DNA of 64,000 nucleotides from the IMG/VR virus record IMGVR_UViG_3300023178_003744, positions 1 through 64,000 of that record; one strand, written 5' to 3'. Positions 28,482-37,979 of the stretch are shown here, piece by piece. This stretch comes from a virus. Within the stretch, counting starts at the first letter, position 1. The number at the start of each line of letters is the position of its first letter. The position numbers and the translations under genes are program-made. Under the pieces are notes generated by a model. That model had not been told where the DNA came from. It saw nothing but the letters and a program-made list of their open reading frames with translations, and did not search any database.

Positions 28482-29805
28482 GAATAAAAATAGCGGCAAG
28501 AATTTAATGCATGCCAAACTAACAAATGCTTACGGTGAAAGTTTTTGTGCAAGTCCATGGAATAGTTTACATGAAGGCCCAAACGGAATAGTTAACACAT
28601 GTTGTAAGACAAGATGGCCAATTGGAAAAAATACAGAAAGTTCCTTTGAGCAAATGTATAACAGTGATCATGCTAAGAGTGTTAGAAAAGAATTTTTAGA
28701 AGGCAAAAAGCCAGAACAGTGTAAAGAATGCTGGGTACAAGAAGAAGCAGGAAATCATTCTATTAACAGAATTGCTGCTAACAAAATGAGTACTGAAGCA
28801 GTTATTGCCGACCTAGTAAAAAACACAGACTCAGACGGTACTTTACATAAACATAAACCGGAATGGTTAGATTTGCTTTGGTCAAATAAATGTAACTTTG
28901 CATGCATAGGTTGTGTTCCTGATCTAAGTTCAACTATTAACAAAAATTTCAAAAAAGAATTTGCTATACTCAACGGCAAAAATCCATCATCATATCACAT
29001 TGATACTAAAGATTGGACAAATTCTAATAACAATAAAATAGATTACATATTGCGTCATAAAGATACTATAAGGCGTATTCATTTTAATGGCGGAGAGCCA
29101 TTTTTGAACGAAGATATATACGAACTGCTTGAAGTATTATTAAAGAAAAAACTACACAAAAAAATAAACATTTGGACTCACACAAACGGTAGTGTTACTA
29201 AAAGTTACAAAGGAACAGATATAATAGAAGACTATCTAGTACACTGGGGCGACAATGCAGATGTTGTTATGAGCAATGACGGTTTCGGAAAAATAGGAGA
29301 ATATATAAGGTGGGGATATACTGATAAAAAATGGTTAGCGACCTATGAAAAGATCTCAAATACTAATATAAATTTAAAAATCCAAACTTGCTATAATATG
29401 TTTAATGCTTGTAATATTCATGAATTAGGTGAATGGTTTATTCAAAACTGTAAAAATAAAACGGTATACGGTAAACTAACTGTGTGGACAAACGAAACTA
29501 CCAATCCGAGTATGTTAAACTATAATTCAGATGTCAAACAAACAGCAATTGATTCTTTAACAAAATCAATACAATCAAGAAATCATCCAGTAGGCTGGGA
29601 AGATAATTTACATAAATGGTTAGACTGGTTAACTGGAGACGGAAAAGCAGCACAGCATGAAAAAAGCTATAGTTTGAACAATTATAGAAATTTAAAAGCA
29701 TGGTACAACGGCGTAAATGCACTAGACATTAAAAGAGGTACTGATCTTTGCCAAGATATTCCACTGTTAGCTCCGCTGTATAACTTAGGGAAAGCTATTA
29801 GTTAA
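28480..29805 (+). CDS. radical SAM enzyme with N-terminal twitch domain
   Basis: CASPW..NTCC..CKEC; CNFACIGC; NGGEPF. Confidence 0.9.
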   Translation: MNKNSGKNLMHAKLTNAYGESFCASPWNSLHEGPNGIVNTCCKTRWPIGKNTESSFEQMYNSDHAKSVRKEFLEGKKPEQCKECWVQEEAGNHSINRIAANKMSTEAVIADLVKNTDSDGTLHKHKPEWLDLLWSNKCNFACIGCVPDLSSTINKNFKKEFAILNGKNPSSYHIDTKDWTNSNNNKIDYILRHKDTIRRIHFNGGEPFLNEDIYELLEVLLKKKLHKKINIWTHTNGSVTKSYKGTDIIEDYLVHWGDNADVVMSNDGFGKIGEYIRWGYTDKKWLATYEKISNTNINLKIQTCYNMFNACNIHELGEWFIQNCKNKTVYGKLTVWTNETTNPSMLNYNSDVKQTAIDSLTKSIQSRNHPVGWEDNLHKWLDWLTGDGKAAQHEKSYSLNNYRNLKAWYNGVNALDIKRGTDLCQDIPLLAPLYNLGKAIS

Positions 29806-30355
29806 CTAAAACTGATTGATTTCTCCATTGATCATTTACGTAGTTTACAATAATACTACTTCTATCATTACTTAACGGTTTTAGACTATGATATTCGGTT
29901 CCTGTGTTTTTAAAAAACCAACCAGAATTTTCTTTTGCTGCAACTTGACTATTGTTTAATATCGTACTGTCTTGCAATGATGTTAAATAAACTTGCAAAG
30001 TAAACAACTTTGCTTTATCATCAACATGACTGTGTAGATAGCTTCCTTTAGCATCGTTACAAAGTTCAATTCTTGTCTTACATTTAATAAAGTTTTGATT
30101 ACACACATTTCCAAAAAATTCTTTACATTTAGCAGTATCGAATTCTTTACCTAACTCGTATAATAATTTAGACTGAATAGAATTACAAAATATTCTATTT
30201 TTGACGTCAGTTCGTTGGCCAGAAAAAGTATCAAATGGAAATTTTTGGTATTCATCTACTAGTGCGTCAAAGACTGATTTTTCCAGTAAATCATCAAATT
30301 TAAAAAATGTATAACTACTAGATATCTTTTTGTATATAAAATTGTAATTTATCAA
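29798..30355 (-). CDS. 2OG-Fe(II) oxygenase
   Basis: YLHSHVD..KLFTLQVYL; EYHSL...RSSIIVNY. Confidence 0.7.
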   Translation of the reverse strand: MINYNFIYKKISSSYTFFKFDDLLEKSVFDALVDEYQKFPFDTFSGQRTDVKNRIFCNSIQSKLLYELGKEFDTAKCKEFFGNVCNQNFIKCKTRIELCNDAKGSYLHSHVDDKAKLFTLQVYLTSLQDSTILNNSQVAAKENSGWFFKNTGTEYHSLKPLSNDRSSIIVNYVNDQWRNQSVLVN

Positions 30356-31278
30356 AATTTTATCTTCTTACGTACTAGTGTATTATATAATTTACAATTA
30401 AATAATTCTTTATCACTATTTGCAGTTAGATTAACAATACGTATTTTTTTTGTTTCGCATTCTTTAATTCTTATATCGGGATCTATATGAAAAAATAATT
30501 CCCAAAAATCAAAATTTTGATACATAATATCTTTATCAAGAACTTCGATATAAACTTCATTCTTAGGAGACTTTGTTTTCATATCAGTTACAAAATTATT
30601 ATTTACTAAAACTTTTTTGCTTACAGGATTTATAACTTCTAGCCCATATTCTAATAGATACTCTCTGTAATTACATGAACTAGGTCTGCTTTCACTTTTT
30701 CTAAACCAATCATCATATCCGTTATCATCCCTAAAACTAGACAAACCGTGCCAGCTTATTTCTAAGCGTTCTTTATTACGTATTTGCACACTAATATCAT
30801 TACCAAAATTAGATATAATTTCATCTTGATTTTTAATTTGTGTGTAACTAGTTTTTTTGATAGGTTTTGTACTTTTTGTTTGCTCAAGAATTGGCACTGT
30901 GTCTAAATTTAAATATCTAGCTATTAATAATCGTTTATTACCGGGGTGCACTGCTTCATAAAACTTTTGAATAGGCATAAAAATTCCGTTTTGATCAATG
31001 TCAGTTATAATAAAATTACATAAATCAATTGTTCCCTGTAGCCATAATTCAAGTTTATGATACATAGATAGCATTCTATAATCTAGGTTGCTATATAAGT
31101 TTCTAAGTCTTCGACTCGGCATATAGTCTGCAAACGCACTAGGAATATTATTTAATTTTTCTAATTTATATTCCGGATATATAAAAAAATTATAATTTTG
31201 AAAAATGTAATTCAAAGCAGCATTGTCTGGCCATCTAGGTTTTTCTGACAAATTATCTTGCAAAGTTTTTAATTTCAT
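30352..31278 (-). CDS. hypothetical protein (weak ParB/sulfiredoxin-like motif)
   Basis: Coupled 308-aa ORF; GIFMPI...VHPGNKRLLIARYL...VPI. Confidence 0.6.
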   Translation of the reverse strand: MKLKTLQDNLSEKPRWPDNAALNYIFQNYNFFIYPEYKLEKLNNIPSAFADYMPSRRLRNLYSNLDYRMLSMYHKLELWLQGTIDLCNFIITDIDQNGIFMPIQKFYEAVHPGNKRLLIARYLNLDTVPILEQTKSTKPIKKTSYTQIKNQDEIISNFGNDISVQIRNKERLEISWHGLSSFRDDNGYDDWFRKSESRPSSCNYREYLLEYGLEVINPVSKKVLVNNNFVTDMKTKSPKNEVYIEVLDKDIMYQNFDFWELFFHIDPDIRIKECETKKIRIVNLTANSDKELFNCKLYNTLVRKKIKF

Positions 31279-32357
31279 TATTTAAATTGCTCCGAAAAAG
31301 GATCAAATTCCTTACCACACTTCATAGCACAGACTTTCAACTTTCCAGCTTTGCAACTAGGTTTATTCCAACTTTCTTCTATGTTGTTAAATATACCTGT
31401 ATCAAATACCGCCTTTAATCCGTGTTTTTTTGCACTGATAGCATCTTTTCCACCAACACTTTTTATAAAATCCCATACTTGTTCAACTTTTGGATCTTTA
31501 TGCCACCATTTATACATACGACCTGCGGTCCAACAACACGGCATAGCAAGACCTTCTGCTGTAATAAACAAGCTGCCTTCGTCTTTTACCTTACAAAATA
31601 TTTCAGCTTGATCATAATATGCATCCATCGTACCGTGTTTTTGTTTGATATCGTCATATTGCTTAATAGCTGCATTTTGATACTGTGCGTTAGGTTTTTT
31701 TAATTCAGCAGTTTTATTTCCTTTACGATCCACTGCTTGGTGTGTTTCCTTTTTTTCGCTTTTTGCACTTATAAATCTACCAGTTTTCTTTGCAACAAAT
31801 CTTTCAAAACCTATTTTTTCACTTAATAATTTGGCTTGTTCTACTTGATGTTGATTATGCTCAAATATTAAAAAATCCCATCGGCTACGGCCGCCTGCAT
31901 TTGTAAATGCTCGCATACTGCGTTCTACGTTATCCCATACTACACCTTGACGATAGATATGATTAGTATCGGACATTCCATCTACACTAAAAATAACAGC
32001 GCCCATACGACCAAAAGTTTTTGCAAGTTCCTGCCACCATGCTTCGTCTCTTGCACCTGCATTTGTATTCATTGATAACCACATTTTAGAATTGTGTTTT
32101 CTAAAATATTGAAATATCTCAAGTGTATCCCGTGCAACAATAGGGTCGCCTAGGTTGCCACACATGTACATAGTGTTTAATTGTTGGATAAATTCTGGTT
32201 TAAAAATACGCTTGCAATCATCAAGTGTTAATTCGCTAAGATCGATATGTGGATTTATTGCGCCACCGTTTTGGTTACGATCACACATTGGACAACTTGC
32301 CTGACAATTTTGTGTATTTTCTAAGTGTATGGTTCGTATATTTTCATACTTGTACAT
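31278..32357 (-). CDS. radical SAM enzyme with C-terminal twitch domain (paralogue of 27436-28455)
   Basis: CQASCPMC, CGNLGDP, MPCCW, CAMKC; start set at the TAATG-coupled ATG 32357. Confidence 0.9.
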   Translation of the reverse strand: MYKYENIRTIHLENTQNCQASCPMCDRNQNGGAINPHIDLSELTLDDCKRIFKPEFIQQLNTMYMCGNLGDPIVARDTLEIFQYFRKHNSKMWLSMNTNAGARDEAWWQELAKTFGRMGAVIFSVDGMSDTNHIYRQGVVWDNVERSMRAFTNAGGRSRWDFLIFEHNQHQVEQAKLLSEKIGFERFVAKKTGRFISAKSEKKETHQAVDRKGNKTAELKKPNAQYQNAAIKQYDDIKQKHGTMDAYYDQAEIFCKVKDEGSLFITAEGLAMPCCWTAGRMYKWWHKDPKVEQVWDFIKSVGGKDAISAKKHGLKAVFDTGIFNNIEESWNKPSCKAGKLKVCAMKCGKEFDPFSEQFK

Positions 32358-33022
32358 TAGTAGTGACCAAATCCCCAGTGTTTCTCTCTGCATGACCAAC
32401 AATCTTTACAAATTACTGACCAATTTTCTGTAAAAACTTCACAACTACGAGTTTCAGGTAATAAGCTGTCTAACACACCTAAAGATTTATACAGCTCTTG
32501 TACACCGCGTTTATCAATATTGATTAAAGGTCGAAATGATCTAACCCCATAACGTTGTGGTTTTTTATGATGTTTTTTCTTTTTACGACCTTTATCGTAA
32601 ATATGTTTGCCGTCATATAGTTCGGGTGCTTTCTTTTTACTAGGATTTGCAGTCAAACCTACAAAATGTGCTTGTATTTTTTTTTGTTTATACAAATCCA
32701 TTACTATATCGCTCATATCTCCAATGTAATTGTTCGCAGCGTCTGTTCTTATTGTGCCTATAAAATGCTCACCAAAATTAACACCTGTAAGTTCTGTAAT
32801 TTTATTCATTACTCTTTTTGCATAAACTTCTTGAAATGGTTTATTTTCTGCTATACAACTTATAGGGTGAATAACAGTATCGGAACGTTCTTCTTTTACA
32901 TACAATGCAAGCATATAACAAACTATAGCACTATCAATACCGCCGCTAAGTTTAATACCTACTTTTTTAACAAATTTTGAAAATTCTATATTAATGATAT
33001 CTTGTTTATTATAAAATTCCAT
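32357..33022 (-). CDS. QueC-like PP-loop ATPase (7-cyano-7-deazaguanine synthase-like)
   Basis: KLSGGIDS; PLINIDK; TRSC-x10-CxxCxxC Zn motif. Confidence 0.75.
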   Translation of the reverse strand: MEFYNKQDIINIEFSKFVKKVGIKLSGGIDSAIVCYMLALYVKEERSDTVIHPISCIAENKPFQEVYAKRVMNKITELTGVNFGEHFIGTIRTDAANNYIGDMSDIVMDLYKQKKIQAHFVGLTANPSKKKAPELYDGKHIYDKGRKKKKHHKKPQRYGVRSFRPLINIDKRGVQELYKSLGVLDSLLPETRSCEVFTENWSVICKDCWSCREKHWGFGHY

Positions 33023-33024
33023 TT

Positions 33025-33246
33025 TTATTCCAAAATCAACTTAATGTCTTTTCCTGGCCCAATTTTACTAGGAAGGTCGCCATATGTATCCACATACCAT
33101 TCAATAACTGCAATATACCAGTTATGACTATTGTGATGTGCTTTTTTATTAAACTTATGTATGTTATTATTAGTAGCTTGCATAGTGCTCAAAGCACGAG
33201 CACTTTCTTTTTGCAAATCTCTAACGCTTAGATTACTTATATCCAA
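33025..33246 (-). CDS. small hypothetical protein
   Basis: 73-aa ORF filling the operon gap. Confidence 0.7.
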   Translation of the reverse strand: MDISNLSVRDLQKESARALSTMQATNNNIHKFNKKAHHNSHNWYIAVIEWYVDTYGDLPSKIGPGKDIKLILE

Positions 33247-35836
33247 TTCTCATAAACCTTGTATAACCTTCTAAATTTAATTCATCTGAAAACAGTACAT
33301 CCGACATTGGCGTTTGTGATTCAAACTGTTGTAAATTACTCGATCTATTAATATGCTCATCTATTTTCAAATCATTACTTTGTAATATTAACAACTTTCC
33401 TTGTGGCAATCTATCATACCATAAAGTAAAGTTTTCTATATGTTCACAGCTTGTATTAATAATTGTGTCCGGTCTTGCTTCTAAAGTTACTTCTCTATCT
33501 TCTTGTGCTGTTAAAGTTTTAAATTCAAAAAAGGAATAATCAATGTTATGTATATCCATTGTCTGTGCTTTAAACTTCCAATCGCCTGCTACTATATCTT
33601 TATTAAACAGTTCTGCAATTTTCCAGCAAGTAGGATCACTATCAAAGCTGTACATTTTAGTAAAATCTACACCATGCTCTCGTAATAGCGGCACAACTGT
33701 TGCATACCATCCAGCACATAAAAATACTATACCTAAATTTTCTATTGCGTCTAATGACGACACTGTATTTGCTAACCATTTTTTACTTAATATTTGTCCT
33801 CGAGAGAAGCAATCAAAATTAAAATTTTCATTATCTTTTAATTTTTTCAAAGGCTCTACAAATAAGCTACTTGTGTATTTTTCTAATATACGCCATAACG
33901 CATGATAGTTGTTAGACAATAAACTAAATTCATCTTTTAAATCAGGCAATAACCTAGATAAACTGTATAAGTTATTCTCTAGTACAGCTTTCCGTAAGTC
34001 ATCATTTTCTGTCAATTTAAAAATACTGGACAAATCATGATCGTTGTACATACGCCTTACATTTGAAATTTGTCCTTGATACAATATTTCAAATCTATCT
34101 AGTGTATCAATAATGTTCATAGACTTAGGTATAATTACACTGCTTTTAATTTGACTTTCTATACCTTCATCTAACGATACCACTGCTTCTTGCTCTGGGT
34201 ATTCTATATTATCAAATGTATTGCTAGGCACAAACGCAACAGATTGAAACTTTGCGTGTAACCATTCAAAATCATTTATTTTCTTTAACTTTTCGGGATC
34301 TGTTTTATTACTTTTTCCGTAATTTCTACCTTCATTAGCACCTTTTAAAATCCAATCTTTCAAAGGTCCTTCGGCATGCGTACACCAAGTTTTAAGTCTT
34401 TCTTCGGTTTCATTATCTTTTTGACGGTCGATTACTTTGCTTGCTAACTTAACACATTCTCTAAAAGCACTACGCCAAGCACTAAATTCATCTACTGCAA
34501 AATTTGTTAAATTACTTACAGTTGGCATAGGCTTAAATTTAGAACTTATGCTTGTAGTCATATCAGTTTTTGATATATCCATATGTTCTGTAAGTGCACG
34601 TGGCAACAGCTTTACACCACCGTAGCCATACTCTAGACCGTTAATTGGGTTTTTACTTCTCCATACCTTTACATAGTCTTTTTCGTTTTCAGGAGTAATA
34701 TAATCAAAGTTAAAATCATCAACAATAGTTGCGTCGCCGTCTACTACCCAAAACATATCAGAATTAACTTGTTTTGCAGCTTCTATGTGTGCTTGATGAA
34801 TACCTTCTATACCGTGTACTCTTTTTGCTCTAGGAAAACGTTTTAACAATTCGTCATAATTTTTATCTGCTTCGGGTTCATCGTAGGTTATCATTACTAT
34901 ATCATAATGGCTTTTTTCTGTTTTCAAATACTTATGGCCGATACGAGGCGGGTTAACGTACATGCTCTTAAACATTTTGCTTTGATCTTCGTTATATACA
35001 TCTAACGGTACATCCATGCTGAGCTCATTTACTAAGTGTTCTCCAAGGATTTCCATTTCGTATAAAAGATCTTCTTCGCCCATTTTAGAATATGTGTCAG
35101 TCCACATCTTATTAACATATTCAAAATCACGGACATTAACATAATCCCAATCAGTGCAATTTGTAAGATAAGTGCCAAGGCGGGCACCATACATTGCCCA
35201 TATACCATTATCTACATCTAATCCTACAGTTTGCCAAATACGTAATCTGTCCATGTTTTTCTTGTGTATTTTATGAAAATTAGCAAGATCTACTTTTTCA
35301 CCTTCTCTTAGAGTCATTTTTACGCCTTCTCTAAATCCAGCACGCCATGCTTGATGCGGAGTTGCATTGTTGTATACTGTACTACATACTCTATCTATCT
35401 GGCAATATTCTACATCCCAGCAAAAGTCTACTTGAGCTTGGATATTATTTGGATCAGCTGACTCGTGTGTTTTCATATTTTCGATTATATGTTTTGGCCA
35501 TGACTTGATGCCGCCGTTACCGTACACTAATCCATTAATTATATTCCGACCGCTCCAACTTACAACACTGTTTTCTAAGTCAACATGATCTTGAAAAACA
35601 AGTTCTTGATTTATAAAGTCGCCGTTGATTACATTATCAGCATCTACAATAATTAATCTTTCTGTATCAGATAATTTTGCACATGCTTTATGTGCAGCAT
35701 CAGAACCTTCAACACCGTGCACCCGTTTTGCCCATGGTATTTTTTTAATTAAATCATTGTAATTTTTTTCTGCATTAGGCTCATCATAACTTAAAAAAAT
35801 CACGTCATAATCAGCAGGTTTCAATATATTAGTCAT
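33233..35836 (-). CDS. fusion of two tandem GT-A-like glycosyltransferase domains and a C-terminal class I methyltransferase-like domain
   Basis: Internal repeat YD(V/I)..SYDEP.A.KNY..RVHG.EG...AH..(I/V)VD(A/G)D..NGL.YG.GG.K..AWR..FRE.VK; C-terminal FLCAGWYA, SFDSDP, INTSCEH. Confidence 0.7.
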   Translation of the reverse strand: MTNILKPADYDVIFLSYDEPNAEKNYNDLIKKIPWAKRVHGVEGSDAAHKACAKLSDTERLIIVDADNVINGDFINQELVFQDHVDLENSVVSWSGRNIINGLVYGNGGIKSWPKHIIENMKTHESADPNNIQAQVDFCWDVEYCQIDRVCSTVYNNATPHQAWRAGFREGVKMTLREGEKVDLANFHKIHKKNMDRLRIWQTVGLDVDNGIWAMYGARLGTYLTNCTDWDYVNVRDFEYVNKMWTDTYSKMGEEDLLYEMEILGEHLVNELSMDVPLDVYNEDQSKMFKSMYVNPPRIGHKYLKTEKSHYDIVMITYDEPEADKNYDELLKRFPRAKRVHGIEGIHQAHIEAAKQVNSDMFWVVDGDATIVDDFNFDYITPENEKDYVKVWRSKNPINGLEYGYGGVKLLPRALTEHMDISKTDMTTSISSKFKPMPTVSNLTNFAVDEFSAWRSAFRECVKLASKVIDRQKDNETEERLKTWCTHAEGPLKDWILKGANEGRNYGKSNKTDPEKLKKINDFEWLHAKFQSVAFVPSNTFDNIEYPEQEAVVSLDEGIESQIKSSVIIPKSMNIIDTLDRFEILYQGQISNVRRMYNDHDLSSIFKLTENDDLRKAVLENNLYSLSRLLPDLKDEFSLLSNNYHALWRILEKYTSSLFVEPLKKLKDNENFNFDCFSRGQILSKKWLANTVSSLDAIENLGIVFLCAGWYATVVPLLREHGVDFTKMYSFDSDPTCWKIAELFNKDIVAGDWKFKAQTMDIHNIDYSFFEFKTLTAQEDREVTLEARPDTIINTSCEHIENFTLWYDRLPQGKLLILQSNDLKIDEHINRSSNLQQFESQTPMSDVLFSDELNLEGYTRFMRIGYK

Positions 35837-36338
35837 TCTCAAAACTCATAGGTAAATTTTTCTTTGTAAAGATACTTATTGGTACATTAATTTTATCTGA
35901 AATTTTTATTTCAATACAGCGCTTTTCAAATAGCTCGTTTACGGACAAAGTTATAGTATCAAGTAAATTATGTGGTGAATTTTTTTCAGTTACATAAAAA
36001 ACTATCCAACTGCTAGTAACAGATTCAATATCTGCTTGGTCCGTTAAAGTAATTTTTAAAATATTATCTACTTTTGTGATTATTATTGTACTATCTGCAT
36101 TATTTTTTACATTCACAAAACTTTTATAGCTAACAGTAAAATTATTGATTGCTTTTTTTTCTACTAGGCAATATACATCATGTATTTTTTGAACTTGAAA
36201 ACTGTGAAGATTAACTTTTCCTTCTACAAAATCTACATATTGCTGCTTGCTTACTTCCAGTAAATCTAAAGTGTTGTCATGAAAATTGATACATCCTAAA
36301 ATAGTTCCTGTATTTTTGTCAAATTTTAGATAAAACAT
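35829..36338 (-). CDS. hypothetical protein
   Basis: TGATG-coupled 169-aa ORF. Confidence 0.7.
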   Translation of the reverse strand: MFYLKFDKNTGTILGCINFHDNTLDLLEVSKQQYVDFVEGKVNLHSFQVQKIHDVYCLVEKKAINNFTVSYKSFVNVKNNADSTIIITKVDNILKITLTDQADIESVTSSWIVFYVTEKNSPHNLLDTITLSVNELFEKRCIEIKISDKINVPISIFTKKNLPMSFEND

Positions 36339-37144
36339 CAGTCATCTAGCCAATCTTTAATATCATCATTAATAAAATTATCTTCTACATAGTGTAAAAA
36401 TTGGTGTTGTTTATAATTATTAATAAAAATTCCATCAGCACTTGCATAGTACATCAAACTTTCAGTCCAACTTTGAATGTTTCGAACTCCTTGCAAAGGT
36501 GTTTTCATGTGAACTAGATTAAATTTATTTTTATCTAATTTAATATTGCATAATTTAACACACATTGCTGCGGCGACATCTATACTGCAAAATTCTTGTT
36601 TTTGCTTAGGAGTGAATATGTTAGCAAAATCATCAAAATTATCTACTATTAATTCTAAATTATCAAAAAAGTTATCATTTGTTTCATTTTTTTCAAAGTA
36701 AAAAAATGCACTGTAAATGTTAGGTAAATTATTTGCTAAAAATACTTTCCTATGCTTATAATCTTGGATGATCTTACGCCCTCTATGATTTACAATTTCT
36801 GTACTAAAATATAATTTAGTATCTTGTAACTCATCCCATATATTAGATAAATTACACAATACCAACACATCTGTGTCAAAAACTATAGTACGATTGTACG
36901 GTGTTAATTTGTAAATAAGCTTCCTATTATTAATTCTCCACTCATTAATTTCAGTTAAATCATTTTCAATTGGAATAATTTTATCAAACAAATGTATTTT
37001 TTCATCAGGCACTTTATCGTTAGTAATAATACTTATTTTTTCGTCTTTACTAAATTTTTTTATACTTTGGGCTAGATAGCAAGCTTGCAATACATAGTTA
37101 AATTTAGTATTATTTTGTGCTACTACACACACTCCTTTATTCAT
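36338..37144 (-). CDS. GT-A fold glycosyltransferase-like protein (GT8-like)
   Basis: IYKLTPYNRTIVFDTDVLV (DxD); start set at MNKG 37144. Confidence 0.75.
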   Translation of the reverse strand: MNKGVCVVAQNNTKFNYVLQACYLAQSIKKFSKDEKISIITNDKVPDEKIHLFDKIIPIENDLTEINEWRINNRKLIYKLTPYNRTIVFDTDVLVLCNLSNIWDELQDTKLYFSTEIVNHRGRKIIQDYKHRKVFLANNLPNIYSAFFYFEKNETNDNFFDNLELIVDNFDDFANIFTPKQKQEFCSIDVAAAMCVKLCNIKLDKNKFNLVHMKTPLQGVRNIQSWTESLMYYASADGIFINNYKQHQFLHYVEDNFINDDIKDWLDD

Positions 37145-37979
37145 TTGCAAAGTCCTTGTCAATAATTTTATCTAACTCAAACTTATTCATTAAATGCACA
37201 TTGGTATTTTTCATTACATGTAAATTATAATCACCTCTATTATTAGACAATACTTTAATAGTACTGTTGTCTATTGATAACGGTATGTCTACATCAAATG
37301 AATTATACAGTGTATAAGGCAGGTCGACTACAGTTTTACTTTCAGTAAAACCATTTATAATATGTGCTGCAATACTAAATGCATAATCATTTCTAAATTT
37401 TGTACTTGTAACATTAAACAACGACCGATAGTAACTCCAATTATCTCTTACAAAGCCTACTAAATCAAAAATATTTTTTGCTAAGTTGCTTTTTTTGAAG
37501 TATACTACCGTTGCCCAGTATAAAGGAATACTAGCCTTAGATACTCTACCTTGTTTAACTTGAGGTACTGTGTCTGCAAAGTCTTTATATGCTTTACCAA
37601 TACATATATCATTGTTACTTTGAAAAAGATTTAATAAATTAGAATTAGCAATAATAAAATCTGTGTCAATTAACAATGTTTTATCGTAAGGGGTCAGTGT
37701 ATAAGCATCTACTCTATTAGAATTATGCCATAGATCTCTAATCTTAAGTGATCCTTGCGTAAATGTACGATAATTCTCAAAATCGGGAGTATTTGTAACT
37801 ACAATATTATCTACATACTTAGAATAAAACGGATATTTTTGAAAATTATCTGTATCGTTTGTAACAACAGTTACAGGTAATTTTAAATATCGTTTTACAC
37901 GCTTGGCACAGTATATTGCTTGTTTTACATAGTCAACTGTTTCATTATTAATTGCAAACAATAATACTCCGCTAGACAC
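37137..37979 (-). CDS. GT-A fold glycosyltransferase-like protein (paralogue of the adjacent gene)
   Basis: AYTLTPYDKTLLIDTDFII; FRNDYAFSIA; HLMNK. Confidence 0.75.
   Translation of the reverse strand: MSSGVLLFAINNETVDYVKQAIYCAKRVKRYLKLPVTVVTNDTDNFQKYPFYSKYVDNIVVTNTPDFENYRTFTQGSLKIRDLWHNSNRVDAYTLTPYDKTLLIDTDFIIANSNLLNLFQSNNDICIGKAYKDFADTVPQVKQGRVSKASIPLYWATVVYFKKSNLAKNIFDLVGFVRDNWSYYRSLFNVTSTKFRNDYAFSIAAHIINGFTESKTVVDLPYTLYNSFDVDIPLSIDNSTIKVLSNNRGDYNLHVMKNTNVHLMNKFELDKIIDKDFANE

Noticed and set aside
21398-33022. Assigning the gene symbol queC to the PP-loop proteins
   Set aside because: They carry only the generic SGGxDS and Cys motifs, and canonical QueC motifs such as YGQR and VP.RN are missing
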